A stretch of DNA of 60,113 nucleotides from the IMG/VR virus record IMGVR_UViG_3300020173_001350; one strand, 5' to 3'. This stretch comes from an uncultured virus (IMG/VR IMGVR_UViG_3300020173_001350) (Duplodnaviria > Heunggongvirae > Uroviricota > Caudoviricetes). Below the pieces are notes generated by a model, which saw only the letters and a list, made by a program, of their open reading frames with translations, was not told where the DNA came from and did not search any database. Position numbers and translations under genes: made by a program. Positions 26,844 to 36,959 of this stretch are shown here, in pieces (position 1 is the first letter of the stretch; every line of letters begins with the position of its first letter).

Positions 26844-28056
26844 CCGTGTTGTTATTACAGGCATGGGCACTATAAATTCTTTAGGATGGACTGCCCAAGA
26901 TACAATGAAAGCAATGGCCGAAGGCACCGACGGCATTAGCGAACTCCAAAACATCATAGAAATTCAAAATATGCGCTACACTCGTGGTGGCCAAATTAAA
27001 GGCTATGATGAAAAAGACCATTGGACAAGAATGCAAATTGCAATCTTTGATAGGTTTACACAACTCAATATACTTGCAGCCCGCGAGGCAGTAGAACAAT
27101 CAGGTTTAGAATTTGATGGTGAACTTGCTGAGGAAGCAGGTATTATTATGGGTAACGGTAGTGGTGGCGCTGAAACCTGGGAACGGACATATCATAATTA
27201 CTTTGCATCTGATAATCCAAAACGCCGTGCTAATCCTTTTATTATTCCACGTGTTATGGGTAATGCTCCTGTTTGCCATATCTCAATGGAACATAATATC
27301 AAAGGTCCATCATTTACTGTAACGTCAGGATGTGCTTCTGCTAACCACGCAATGACACAAGCATTCCATATGGTTAAATACGGTATGGCTCCTGTTATGC
27401 TGACAGGTGGTTCAGAAGCAATTCTAAATCTATCAGGAATGAAAGCATGGGAAGGTTTGCGCGTTGTAAGCCCAGGTTACTGTCGACCGTTTTCTCTTGG
27501 GCGTCAAGGTATTGTTCACGGTGAAGGCGCAGGTGTATTTGTCTTTGAAGAATATTGGCATGCTAAAAATCGTGGTGCAAATATCATCTGTGAAGTATTA
27601 GGTGCGGCGTGTACTGCAGACTCAAGTGATCTTGTGATGCCTGAAGTTTCAGGATTGATTAGATCAATGAAAAAATGCCTCAAAGATGCATCAATTAACC
27701 CAGAACAAGTTGATTATATAAATGCTCATGGTACAGGCACAGTTCCAAATGATAGAACTGAAATTGATGCTATCAAACAAACATTCGGTGACCATGCTCA
27801 TAAATTGAGTGTAAGTTCAACCAAATCTATGCACGGACATTGTATTGGCGGAACAGGTGCAGTTGAATTACTTGCGGCAATTATGGCAGTAAACGATGGC
27901 ATTATTGCACCAACAATTAATTATGAAGAACCTGATCCTGAATGTGATCTTGACGTCGTACCAAATACCGCAAAGGAAAAGAAGGTTGATGTTGCAATCA
28001 GTAATAACTTTGCGTTTGGTGGTTTAAATTCAACTATTGCTATTCGAGGTATGTAA
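26821..28056 (+). CDS. fabF: Beta-ketoacyl-ACP synthase II (FabF/NodE-like)
   Basis: RVVITGMG, TSGCAS (catalytic Cys), CRPFS, GEGAG, NAHGTGT, KSMHGHCIG, SNNFAFGG. Confidence 0.92.
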   Translation: MSSTRQTNRVVITGMGTINSLGWTAQDTMKAMAEGTDGISELQNIIEIQNMRYTRGGQIKGYDEKDHWTRMQIAIFDRFTQLNILAAREAVEQSGLEFDGELAEEAGIIMGNGSGGAETWERTYHNYFASDNPKRRANPFIIPRVMGNAPVCHISMEHNIKGPSFTVTSGCASANHAMTQAFHMVKYGMAPVMLTGGSEAILNLSGMKAWEGLRVVSPGYCRPFSLGRQGIVHGEGAGVFVFEEYWHAKNRGANIICEVLGAACTADSSDLVMPEVSGLIRSMKKCLKDASINPEQVDYINAHGTGTVPNDRTEIDAIKQTFGDHAHKLSVSSTKSMHGHCIGGTGAVELLAAIMAVNDGIIAPTINYEEPDPECDLDVVPNTAKEKKVDVAISNNFAFGGLNSTIAIRGM

Positions 28057-28559
28057 TGCAAGAACCATATGATAGATTTATAAGTCGAAAATACCGTGAG
28101 GAAGATGAACGTCAACTCAAATGGGATAAGCGATTTATGGAATTGGCTGAAACAATTTCTAAATGGAGTAAAGATCCGTCGAGTCAGATTGGTGCTGTTT
28201 GTGTAAATGACGAACGACGTATTCTTGCTACTGGTTATAATGGTTTTCCAAAAGGTATTGAAGATAGTATTGAGCGTTTAGAAAACCGAGATGAAAAATA
28301 CCCACGGATTGTCCATGCGGAAACTAATGCTTTGATGAATGCTTTGTATTCTGGTGTTTCATTAAAGAATGCAACAATATATGTCCACGGATTGCCAGTG
28401 TGTCCTGACTGTACTAAACTTATTATTCAATCCGGTATTCGCCGAGTTGTAATCCGCGAAGCAACATACAACACACCCGAGAAATGGGTTGACTTATGGA
28501 CCACGCAATCTGCGCCTATGTTTAAAGAGGCAGGTATTTTGGTAACACACCTTGGCTAA
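28056..28559 (+). CDS. cd: dCMP deaminase
   Basis: SKDPS, GYNGFP, HAETNA, CPDC. Confidence 0.92.
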   Translation: MQEPYDRFISRKYREEDERQLKWDKRFMELAETISKWSKDPSSQIGAVCVNDERRILATGYNGFPKGIEDSIERLENRDEKYPRIVHAETNALMNALYSGVSLKNATIYVHGLPVCPDCTKLIIQSGIRRVVIREATYNTPEKWVDLWTTQSAPMFKEAGILVTHLG

Positions 28560-29232
28560 TAGTTTAACCGATGTCTATGTTGGGGTCAAGAAAGATGACC
28601 CTAACCGAAGAACGAATGATTTTTACCCAACACCTCCACTTGCAACATTCGTTCTCACAAAGTATTGTAAACCACCAAGAGATATAGTTGAACCATGCGC
28701 AGGTCGTGGTAACATTTCGGTTGAGCTTGCGCGGAATGGTCACAATGTTTTAAGTTATGATCTCAATGAATATTCCGATTCTTTATGTAGCATAAATACT
28801 TCTTATGACGCAATGGAATTGCAAAAGCCAACAGGTTTTGATGGAGTAGTGACAAACCCACCATATCATAAAGACTTACCACGAAAGATGGCGGAAAAAT
28901 GGATAGGTGAATATGATTATGTAGCAATGTTTCTACGTTTAACCTTTTTAGAAGGAAAAAAACGAAAAAAGTTGTTTACAAACCACCCTCCTAGTGATAT
29001 AATATTTTTATCGGACCGAGTTCAATTCAAAAAGGATTCTATTGAGCCGATTGAAAAGAAACATCAGATTGGTGGTATGATTGCATATGCGTGGTTTGTT
29101 TGGGACAAGAGACATAGTTGGTCAGGTCTATGTAAACCACAATGGGTTAACCTTGAAGATGAATACGACGAGTGGAGATTAAATTATGATAAATGTAGTG
29201 ATACCAGCGGCAGGAGAAGCAACACGCCTTAA
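28552..29232 (+). CDS. DNA amino (N6-A/N4-C) methyltransferase
   Basis: DFYPTP, EPCAGRG, TNPPY, YAWFVW. Confidence 0.8.
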   Translation: MANSLTDVYVGVKKDDPNRRTNDFYPTPPLATFVLTKYCKPPRDIVEPCAGRGNISVELARNGHNVLSYDLNEYSDSLCSINTSYDAMELQKPTGFDGVVTNPPYHKDLPRKMAEKWIGEYDYVAMFLRLTFLEGKKRKKLFTNHPPSDIIFLSDRVQFKKDSIEPIEKKHQIGGMIAYAWFVWDKRHSWSGLCKPQWVNLEDEYDEWRLNYDKCSDTSGRRSNTP

Positions 29233-30661
29233 ACCGCTAACAGCAAATTGTAGCAAGGCTATGATCCGTGTCCACGGTAAACCTACTATTGAATATATTA
29301 TTGAATCAATTTATAAGAATGCTGATCAAGTTGGGCAGATCGTTATTGTTGATGGTAAGCATAATGATATTCGTGACTGGGTTGAAAAATCAAAATATAA
29401 AAATATTAAATGTGTAAAACAAGGATCACTAAATGGACCTCGTGACGCTATTGCTGTTGGTATTGAAAATTTGGGTAATTGGGAATGTCCTCTTGTTGTT
29501 TGGTTGGGTGACGCAATTATCCTTGAAGAAAATATGCCGTTGGGTACAGACTTCCTTTTAACAAAACAAGTTGAAGATCACTTTGCTTGGTGTATGTGGG
29601 ATGGTGAAAAATATTACAATAAACCAAAAGAAAACATTGATAACGCAACCGCACTTGTAGGCCTATACAGCTTTAAGTGTGGGCAAACTGCATCCATTGC
29701 TTTTTGTGATAGCAAAGGATATGATATCTCGGATGCACTTGAAGATTATGGTAACTTTAATAACGTAAGTACAGAATTGTGGTATGATATTGGTGATATT
29801 GCCTCATACCATAAAACTTGTGCTACATTGTTGACACTAAAGGCACGTGAGTTTAATTCGTTTGAATATCATGCCGATCTCAATATGATTACAAAGATTC
29901 CAAATGCAAATAACAGTTTTGCCACAAGAACTATTATGAATGAAAAGAATTGGTATACATCACTGTCACCTATTCAAAGCATGCTCATTCCTAAAGTATT
30001 AAAAGATGATTATTCCCTGACCATGTCCTATGAGTCAGGCATTCTGCTATCTGATCTATTTGCTCATGAGGACATATCAAAAAGTACTATACGGTATTTG
30101 ATTGAAAGAGTTATAGTTACAATGTCAAACCATTTTCATCGTAAGCCAACTCTTGAGTTTACTGCCAATTTTCCTGACAATGCAAAAAAGATGTGGATTG
30201 ATAAAACAGAAGAACGATTAGAAACTGATAGTCCGTATTACCGAAATGTTGCGGAACGCTGTCTGAAAAAGGCAAAACCTGTTGATGCTATGCACGGTGA
30301 TTTGCACTTTGGCAACATTCTGTATAACCCATATAATGATGCTTTTACATTATTGGATCCACGAGGATCTTATGGTGATTATATAGGTATCGGTGGTGAT
30401 TACCTTTATGATATGTGCAAATTGTCACACGACCTATATCATGGATATAACGAACTAGTTACGGGGCATAAATACCCCACAGCGGTTCGGGAATGTTTTT
30501 CTGAATTAATTAAAGAGTACTTTCCTAATGATTATGACGAAATCATAGATGGCGGTGCACTGTTAATCGCAACTTGTATTAAACTTCATTATGACTGCGA
30601 AGACAGACAACAAAGAATGAGAGATTATATTAATGAGTACGCAAGAAACAATTGTAGTTGA
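29186..30661 (+). CDS. Nucleotidyltransferase fused to APH/choline-kinase-like phosphotransferase
   Basis: IPAAGEATRL..K, WLGD, WYDIG; C-terminal HGDLHFGNIL, DPRG, YDMCKL. Confidence 0.85.
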   Translation: MINVVIPAAGEATRLKPLTANCSKAMIRVHGKPTIEYIIESIYKNADQVGQIVIVDGKHNDIRDWVEKSKYKNIKCVKQGSLNGPRDAIAVGIENLGNWECPLVVWLGDAIILEENMPLGTDFLLTKQVEDHFAWCMWDGEKYYNKPKENIDNATALVGLYSFKCGQTASIAFCDSKGYDISDALEDYGNFNNVSTELWYDIGDIASYHKTCATLLTLKAREFNSFEYHADLNMITKIPNANNSFATRTIMNEKNWYTSLSPIQSMLIPKVLKDDYSLTMSYESGILLSDLFAHEDISKSTIRYLIERVIVTMSNHFHRKPTLEFTANFPDNAKKMWIDKTEERLETDSPYYRNVAERCLKKAKPVDAMHGDLHFGNILYNPYNDAFTLLDPRGSYGDYIGIGGDYLYDMCKLSHDLYHGYNELVTGHKYPTAVRECFSELIKEYFPNDYDEIIDGGALLIATCIKLHYDCEDRQQRMRDYINEYARNNCS

Positions 30662-30995
30662 CATAGACGATACTATATGTTACCCTAGACATAACCAAAA
30701 AGAATCAGAACAGAAGTATGCTATGGCTCTACCAAATGAACCTATGATTAAAAGTCTGCAAAAGGCAAAGTCAAAAGGTTATCGGATTGTGCTACATACA
30801 GCACGCAGAATGTTAACTCATGGCGGTGACATAAATAAAATTATTGAAGACGTCGGACAGATTACAGTCGATTGGCTAAAAAAGTACGACGTTCCTTATG
30901 ATGAAATTGTTTGGGGTAAACCATACGGTGTTTACTATATTGACGATAAAGCAATAACTCCCGAGCAATTCGTTAAAACTATGGAATGGACTTAA
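30633..30995 (+). CDS. HAD-family (capsule biosynthesis type) phosphatase
   Basis: DIDDTIC, HTARRM, GKP, YIDDKA. Confidence 0.85.
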   Translation: MSTQETIVVDIDDTICYPRHNQKESEQKYAMALPNEPMIKSLQKAKSKGYRIVLHTARRMLTHGGDINKIIEDVGQITVDWLKKYDVPYDEIVWGKPYGVYYIDDKAITPEQFVKTMEWT

Positions 30996-30997
30996 TT

Positions 30998-32248
30998 ATG
31001 AAACATATTGCCTTTGCCAAAATTGGTAAATCAGTAAAGCTAAGGACAAACAAATATTCTCCTGTCGGTGGTGACAATGAGGCATCTTGTGTTCTTCGTG
31101 CTATTGCAAACAACAACCCTGATAAAATATTTTATATTGTAGGAAGATCTGACTTCGCTTCATTAACTGAAACGGATAAAGCAGATCTGTTTCCTTATAA
31201 TAATGTTATTGATATTTGGGCAGAAATGAAAATTGAAAGAGTACCAACTGATCGGTATTTTTGGTGGATTAAAACATATTTTGAAGAAAATAATATCACG
31301 CTTGATGCCACGGTAATGATGGTAGGTCAAATCGGTAACGTAAGTATTCCCGAAAAGATGAAAAAGGTTCGTGAAGAAAACGATGATGGCAAACCAGCAT
31401 TTGTTCTTGATATGACAAAATGGTATGTTACACCGTTGACTTTTTGGCTAAATGAATGTAAGCCACATTATGTTGAAGTTATCAATGATCCTCGATACAC
31501 AATGCGGCAAGCACGTGACTTTATGCACCTACCGTTTAAAGGTTTGAGCCAATATGACTATACCTATACTGCTCATCCAATTAAAAGCATTGAAGATCAA
31601 TCACGGCAAGACATTCCTGTTAACTGTGAATACGCTGCAATGGAAACAGCATTCTGTGTTGATTACGAATATACAGAAGAAGTAAATACTAATCGTAACA
31701 CTGACTTCATGGTTGTTCTTAATGAAGGCAAACCATCACGTTATAAACTCCTGAAGGAATGGGTACTCGACAAATTTGATGATGTTGAGATCTATGGCAA
31801 ATGGGGTAATAATGCAAAAGGAGATAATCGTTTTAAAGGATCAATGCATCTAAAACAATTGCAGAACAAACTACAGGATGTTAAGTTTACATTTATCATT
31901 CCTATTAAAGAAGGTTGGGTAACGTCAAAGTATATTGAAATGATCCATGCTGGTGTTATTCCATTCTTACATCCGTCATATGATATGCAAGGTCACACAC
32001 CTATTCCTGAGATCTTGCGCCCAAAAACACCTGAAGAATTCCATAAAAATCTTCAATATCTTATTGATAACAAATTGGCATATGAGCAAACAATCTACGA
32101 ATTGCGTAAAGCTGTTCTTAAACCTGAATATTATGATGGTAGTTTTATTAATGATAAAATCTTCACCGCATTTGACAGTAACTATAAGAGACCTGATTTA
32201 ACTGGATATGAAGTTCAAAAACCAGCAACACTCGAAGCATTTTTTTAA
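30998..32248 (+). CDS. DNA glycosyltransferase, T4 beta-glucosyltransferase-like (GT-B)
   Basis: GGDNE, NDPR, EIYGKW, WVTSKYIEM..GVIPFLHPSYD; C-terminal ATLEAFF. Confidence 0.7.
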   Translation: MKHIAFAKIGKSVKLRTNKYSPVGGDNEASCVLRAIANNNPDKIFYIVGRSDFASLTETDKADLFPYNNVIDIWAEMKIERVPTDRYFWWIKTYFEENNITLDATVMMVGQIGNVSIPEKMKKVREENDDGKPAFVLDMTKWYVTPLTFWLNECKPHYVEVINDPRYTMRQARDFMHLPFKGLSQYDYTYTAHPIKSIEDQSRQDIPVNCEYAAMETAFCVDYEYTEEVNTNRNTDFMVVLNEGKPSRYKLLKEWVLDKFDDVEIYGKWGNNAKGDNRFKGSMHLKQLQNKLQDVKFTFIIPIKEGWVTSKYIEMIHAGVIPFLHPSYDMQGHTPIPEILRPKTPEEFHKNLQYLIDNKLAYEQTIYELRKAVLKPEYYDGSFINDKIFTAFDSNYKRPDLTGYEVQKPATLEAFF

Positions 32249-32261
32249 ATAAGGATATATT

Positions 32262-33485
32262 ATGAACAAAGAAATTACCTGGGCTCCAATCATTCCACTA
32301 ATCGGCGGTCAAATGCTAGGAGCGGAAAAAGCATTCGGCAAGCCACCTGAAACAATCTATTCCTATCCTGACTTTGGAGCAAACGATAGTCACTATGTTA
32401 ACTATCAGAATGTAACAAAAGGTCGAGATATTGCCTATACAATGATTCCTGAAGCCGCAAAAAGATCACTTGATGTTGTCAGCGGTACACCACCTTGTGC
32501 TGCATTGTCACAATTGAATACTGCAAAAGCGCCTGACGCAAAAGGTGCAGGTTGTGAAAAGAACGAATGGATGTACGAAGTTTTTAAAGAAGGTATTAAT
32601 AGGTTTGAAGCCAAAGCTATTATTGTTGAAAACGCTCCTGCACTATTTACTAATAAAGGTCGACCTGTAGCAGATAAACTATTTGACATTTGCAGCAAAG
32701 CAGGTTATAGTATGACATTATATAAAACATCAACAAAATATCATGGTATTCCACAAGCACGTGACCGTACCTTTGCTATTGGTTGGAAATCAGAAACTGC
32801 ACCTATTATGGATTGGCATAAACGCCCACGTCGTAGATTTGATGAATATGTAAACGATGTCAAAGATGATGCACTACACCAAGATTTGATTGTAAACAAA
32901 AACCTAATGGATGAACCTTATTATAATTTTGTTGAAGCAATGCTACCACCAGGATCAAATATGACAGCACGTCAAGTTATCCGTGAGATTGCGGCAACGG
33001 CATTTGGATATGTAAACAAATCAGGTAAAATTCAAGAGGCAAATAAATGGATGCACGAGACAGGACATACACGTGGGATACACGTAACTGACCATGCCAT
33101 CAAAAAGTTTGCTCAAGGTTTGGGCGTTTGGGATGCATCAGTCCATGTGTTTGATGATTGTATGAATGCTGTTATTGGACGTAACCTTGCAGACACAGTA
33201 CATCCGCACTATGACCGTTCACTAACAATCCGTGAAGCATTGTATTTGATGGGTTTCCCTGATGATTTTGAGTTGCTTAATGGAATGACTTCTATGAACC
33301 ACATTGCCCAAAATGTTCCTGTACCAACATCTCGTGATATGCACTTGCAGATTGCAAAATTCCTTAACGGTGAACTACCTATGTCTGAAACAAACTATTT
33401 GCGTCAGAATAATCATACTGAAAAGACAGAAATGGATGTCCGAGGTACAAGTAATCAACCTACATTAGAGGAGTTCTTTGCGTGA
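32262..33485 (+). CDS. C5-cytosine DNA methyltransferase-like protein
   Basis: GTPPC, VENAP, PQARDRTF, RSLTIRE..LMGFPDDF, IAQNVP; motif I is variant (PLIGG). Confidence 0.8.
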   Translation: MNKEITWAPIIPLIGGQMLGAEKAFGKPPETIYSYPDFGANDSHYVNYQNVTKGRDIAYTMIPEAAKRSLDVVSGTPPCAALSQLNTAKAPDAKGAGCEKNEWMYEVFKEGINRFEAKAIIVENAPALFTNKGRPVADKLFDICSKAGYSMTLYKTSTKYHGIPQARDRTFAIGWKSETAPIMDWHKRPRRRFDEYVNDVKDDALHQDLIVNKNLMDEPYYNFVEAMLPPGSNMTARQVIREIAATAFGYVNKSGKIQEANKWMHETGHTRGIHVTDHAIKKFAQGLGVWDASVHVFDDCMNAVIGRNLADTVHPHYDRSLTIREALYLMGFPDDFELLNGMTSMNHIAQNVPVPTSRDMHLQIAKFLNGELPMSETNYLRQNNHTEKTEMDVRGTSNQPTLEEFFA

Positions 33486-34108
33486 GAAACGATCTTATAA
33501 TTGACTTCGAAACATTCGGAAAGGATGCTAATAAATGTGCTGTAATCGACTGTTCGGTTATGGTATTCAATTGGGATAAGTTTCTTGATGAGCCATACAA
33601 CTTCAACGATGTTGTAAAAGCAAAACGGTTTAAACTTGATGTTGTTAATCAGGTTAAAAAGTATGGATATGAAGTTGATGCATCAACAGTTAATTGGTGG
33701 GAGTCACTAGGTCCTGAGGTGCGTAGGCATATCAAACCAACACCCAATGATTTAACTGTTGAAATGTTCTGTTCAGAGTTTATGGATTATTTGATTAGCC
33801 AACCAAACATTACATATTGGTGGTCAAGATCAAATACGTTTGATCCTATTATTCTAGGTCGTTTGTTTAAATCACAAAACAAACTTCTACACATGGAAGA
33901 ATACCTAAAGTTTTGGAGAATACGAGATACACGTACTTATATTGATGCAAAATTGGATTTCCCAAAGATCAATGGTTTTTGTCCAATCAATAGTACAGAA
34001 GTGTGGGAAAATAATTTTAAAGAACACGATAGCTCATGGGATATTCTTGCGGATGTTATGCGTTTGCAGGCAATCCATCGAGCTGAAAATGATATGGAGA
34101 TGATATGA
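33482..34108 (+). CDS. dexA: 3'-5' exonuclease DexA-like (DEDDh)
   Basis: IDFET, WSRSNTFD, RDTRT, HDSSWD. Confidence 0.75.
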   Translation: MRNDLIIDFETFGKDANKCAVIDCSVMVFNWDKFLDEPYNFNDVVKAKRFKLDVVNQVKKYGYEVDASTVNWWESLGPEVRRHIKPTPNDLTVEMFCSEFMDYLISQPNITYWWSRSNTFDPIILGRLFKSQNKLLHMEEYLKFWRIRDTRTYIDAKLDFPKINGFCPINSTEVWENNFKEHDSSWDILADVMRLQAIHRAENDMEMI

Positions 34109-34998
34109 GTAATAAAATAGAAGTAACAGTTGAGGAATTACGAAAGTTTTCCCTCTTCATAGCAAGTCCGATGTATGGTGCCCAATGTGCTGGCTCATAT
34201 ACAAAGGCTTCAACAGATTTGGCTATGATGTGTGCTGCAAATGGCATCACCGTAAAGTTTTATTATTTGTTTAATGAAAGCCTTGTACAGCGAGCACGTA
34301 ACTATTGTGTTGATGAATTCCTAAGGTCAGAATGCACCCACATGGTCTTTATTGATTCTGATATTGGTTTCAATGCAAAAGATATTCTTGCAATGCTTGC
34401 GGTTAACATTTCAGATCCTGAGAATTATAATATCGTAACAGGTCCTTACCCAAAGAAAACAATTGCTTGGGAAAAGGTAGCACGTGCTGCCAAAGAAGGT
34501 CGTGCTGATAAAGATCCGTTTGAATTAGAAAACTATACTGCTGATTATGTTATGAACCCGGTTCAAGGACAGGCAACATTTAATGTCGGTGAACCAATGG
34601 AGGTTGCAGAAGCAGGTACAGGATTTATGCTCATCCCACGTGAAACACTTATTAAATGGAAAGAAGCATATCCTGAGATGAGTTATAAACCTGACCATGT
34701 TCGTACTGAAAACTTTGATGGTAAAACAATGATCCACGCATTCTTTGATTGTATGATTGACCCAGTATCAAAACGGTATCTATCGGAAGATTACTTCTTC
34801 TGCCGTAAAGCACGTGATATTGGATTAAGAATTTGGACTTGCCCATGGATGCAGTTGCAACATATTGGAGCATATGTATTCAAAGGTTCAATGGCACACA
34901 TCGGTTCACTCGGTGCACCACTAACTGCTGATAAAACATCTCAAAAAGCAAAAAAGCCATTGACAAAAAGGCAAAAGCGTAATAAAATAAACAGATAA
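34105..34998 (+). CDS. GT-A fold glycosyltransferase-like protein
   Basis: SPMYG, NESLVQRARN, FIDSDI, GTGFMLI, YLSEDYFFC. Confidence 0.75.
   Translation: MSNKIEVTVEELRKFSLFIASPMYGAQCAGSYTKASTDLAMMCAANGITVKFYYLFNESLVQRARNYCVDEFLRSECTHMVFIDSDIGFNAKDILAMLAVNISDPENYNIVTGPYPKKTIAWEKVARAAKEGRADKDPFELENYTADYVMNPVQGQATFNVGEPMEVAEAGTGFMLIPRETLIKWKEAYPEMSYKPDHVRTENFDGKTMIHAFFDCMIDPVSKRYLSEDYFFCRKARDIGLRIWTCPWMQLQHIGAYVFKGSMAHIGSLGAPLTADKTSQKAKKPLTKRQKRNKINR
34960..34988 (+). promoter_or_regulatory. Sigma70-type promoter for gp45 operon
   Basis: TTGACA-17-TAAAAT. Confidence 0.55.
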
Positions 34999-35021
34999 CA
35001 CAATGACAGGAGTCTTATATA

Positions 35022-35687
35022 ATGCAATTTTCTGACCGTACTCTGACTATTCTGAAGAGTTTCTCTACTATTAATAAATCAATTTTGATGCAACCAGGTA
35101 GTGTATTGAAAACAATCACACCTGAGAAAACATTGCTTGCATCAGCAACAATTCCAGATCAAATTCCATCACAGGCTTGTATCTATGATTTGTCAAGATT
35201 TCTATCAATTTTGTCACTTCATTCAAATCCGGATGTAGAATTCCATGATAAATACTTTATTATCACAGAAGGTAAACAGCGCACACGTTATGCGTTTGCT
35301 GATATCTCTATGATTCATACACCACCTGAGAAAGAAATTCAGATCACAGACGCTGACGTTGAAGTGGCGGTATCGTGGGAAGATATCCAATCAGTGGTGA
35401 AAGCAGCAGGTGTGCTTCAGTTCTCTGAAGTTGCATTTGTTGGACAAGATGGCAAATGCTATCTTAAAGCCATTGACTCATCTAGCGAAAGAGCTGATGA
35501 TTATGGTGTAGAAATCGGTGTAACACCCGACACATTCAAAATTATCATCAAGACTGATAATTTGAAACTCCTACCTCAGGACTACAAAGTTACGCTTTCA
35601 AGTAAAGGTATCTCTGAGTTCAAAGGTAATGAAGCTACATATTACGTAGCAATTGACACAAAGTCGACTTATAAGAAAGGATCCTAA
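35022..35687 (+). CDS. gp45: Sliding clamp
   Basis: TLTILKSFSTINKSI, IYDLSRFLSIL, NLKLLPQDYKV; synteny with gp44/62. Confidence 0.92.
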   Translation: MQFSDRTLTILKSFSTINKSILMQPGSVLKTITPEKTLLASATIPDQIPSQACIYDLSRFLSILSLHSNPDVEFHDKYFIITEGKQRTRYAFADISMIHTPPEKEIQITDADVEVAVSWEDIQSVVKAAGVLQFSEVAFVGQDGKCYLKAIDSSSERADDYGVEIGVTPDTFKIIIKTDNLKLLPQDYKVTLSSKGISEFKGNEATYYVAIDTKSTYKKGS

Positions 35688-35948
35688 ATGGAAAACGAAA
35701 ATCAAGAGCAAGAGAAGGTACAACTCTCGCTACAAGATATCGCAACAGTTGTTCAAATGATTGATGTTGTATCACGCCGCGGCGGCATTGAAGGCCGTGA
35801 ATTAGCAGGAGTAGGCATGCTCCGCAACAAGTTGGAAATGTTTTTGCAACAGAACGCTCCACAAGGTGAAGCACCTCAAGGCCAAATGCCTATGGATGCG
35901 CCTGCTAATGTTCCAGCAGATGCACCGCTCGCTGACAAAGTTCAGTAA
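35688..35948 (+). CDS. Hypothetical protein
   Basis: LSLQDI...IDVVSRRG.IEGREL..VG. Confidence 0.75.
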   Translation: MENENQEQEKVQLSLQDIATVVQMIDVVSRRGGIEGRELAGVGMLRNKLEMFLQQNAPQGEAPQGQMPMDAPANVPADAPLADKVQ

Positions 35949-35955
35949 AAACTTC

Positions 35956-35985
35956 GGGGGTGAAATGCCCCCACCTTATTTTTTA
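35956..35985 (+). terminator. Intrinsic terminator
   Basis: GGGGG-tgaaatg-CCCCC followed by T-rich run. Confidence 0.55.
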
Positions 35986-36005
35986 TATTATGAAATGGTG
36001 ATTAA

Positions 36006-36959
36006 ATGGCTGTAGATGCAAAAGCAAATGAAGTATTGTGGGTTGAACGATATAGACCTCAGGTTATCGAAGACACAATCCTTCCGCAAAAAACTAAAGA
36101 TATGTTTAAAAAATTCGTATCTGATGATAGTATTCCTAATCTGTTATTGAGTGGTGGACCAGGTGTTGGTAAAACAACAATTGCAAAAGCAATGCTCGAA
36201 GAAATGGGTTGTGACTATATTGTTAAGAACGGATCATTGAACGTAAACATTGATACCCTCCGCTATGATATTTCAACATATGCGTCAGCGGTATCACTTC
36301 AAGGCGGCCGTAAATATGTTATCTTTGATGAAGCAGATTACCTAAATGCTGCTAACGTGCAACCCGCACTCCGTAATTTTATTGAGGAATTCTCATCCAA
36401 TTGTGGTTTCATCTTTACGTGTAACTTCAAAAACCGTATCATTGCACCACTCCGTTCTCGTTTATCAGAAGTTGATTTCAGTATTGAAACCAGTGACCGT
36501 CCTAAACTTGCGATGCAATTTATGAAACGAGTAGAGGCAATTCTTGAAACTGAAAACGTCGCTCACGATAAAGCGGTAGTTGCAAAAGTAATCCAAAAAC
36601 ATTTTCCTGACTTCCGTCGTGTTTTAACTGAATTGCAATCATATGCAGCTTCGGGTAAAATTGATGAAGGTATTTTTATTAATCTTAAACAAGAATCAAT
36701 GGATGCACTGTTTGAATTACTCAAAGCAAAAGATTTTACCAATATGCGTAAATGGGTTGCTAAAAACAGTGACCAGGATATGAATGAGATGTTCCGTCGT
36801 ATCTATGATATGTCAAACGATAAAATTGAAATGAGATCAATGCCAGGTTTTGTTGTAACACTTGCTGACTATATGTATAAGGCCAACTTTGTTGCTGACC
36901 TTGAAGTTAACATGGTTGCATTCTTAACCGAAATTATGATAGAAACGAGTTTCAAATGA
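36006..36959 (+). CDS. gp44: Clamp loader large subunit
   Basis: LWVERYRP, GGPGVGKTT, DEADYL, PLRSR, FPDFRR. Confidence 0.95.
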   Translation: MAVDAKANEVLWVERYRPQVIEDTILPQKTKDMFKKFVSDDSIPNLLLSGGPGVGKTTIAKAMLEEMGCDYIVKNGSLNVNIDTLRYDISTYASAVSLQGGRKYVIFDEADYLNAANVQPALRNFIEEFSSNCGFIFTCNFKNRIIAPLRSRLSEVDFSIETSDRPKLAMQFMKRVEAILETENVAHDKAVVAKVIQKHFPDFRRVLTELQSYAASGKIDEGIFINLKQESMDALFELLKAKDFTNMRKWVAKNSDQDMNEMFRRIYDMSNDKIEMRSMPGFVVTLADYMYKANFVADLEVNMVAFLTEIMIETSFK

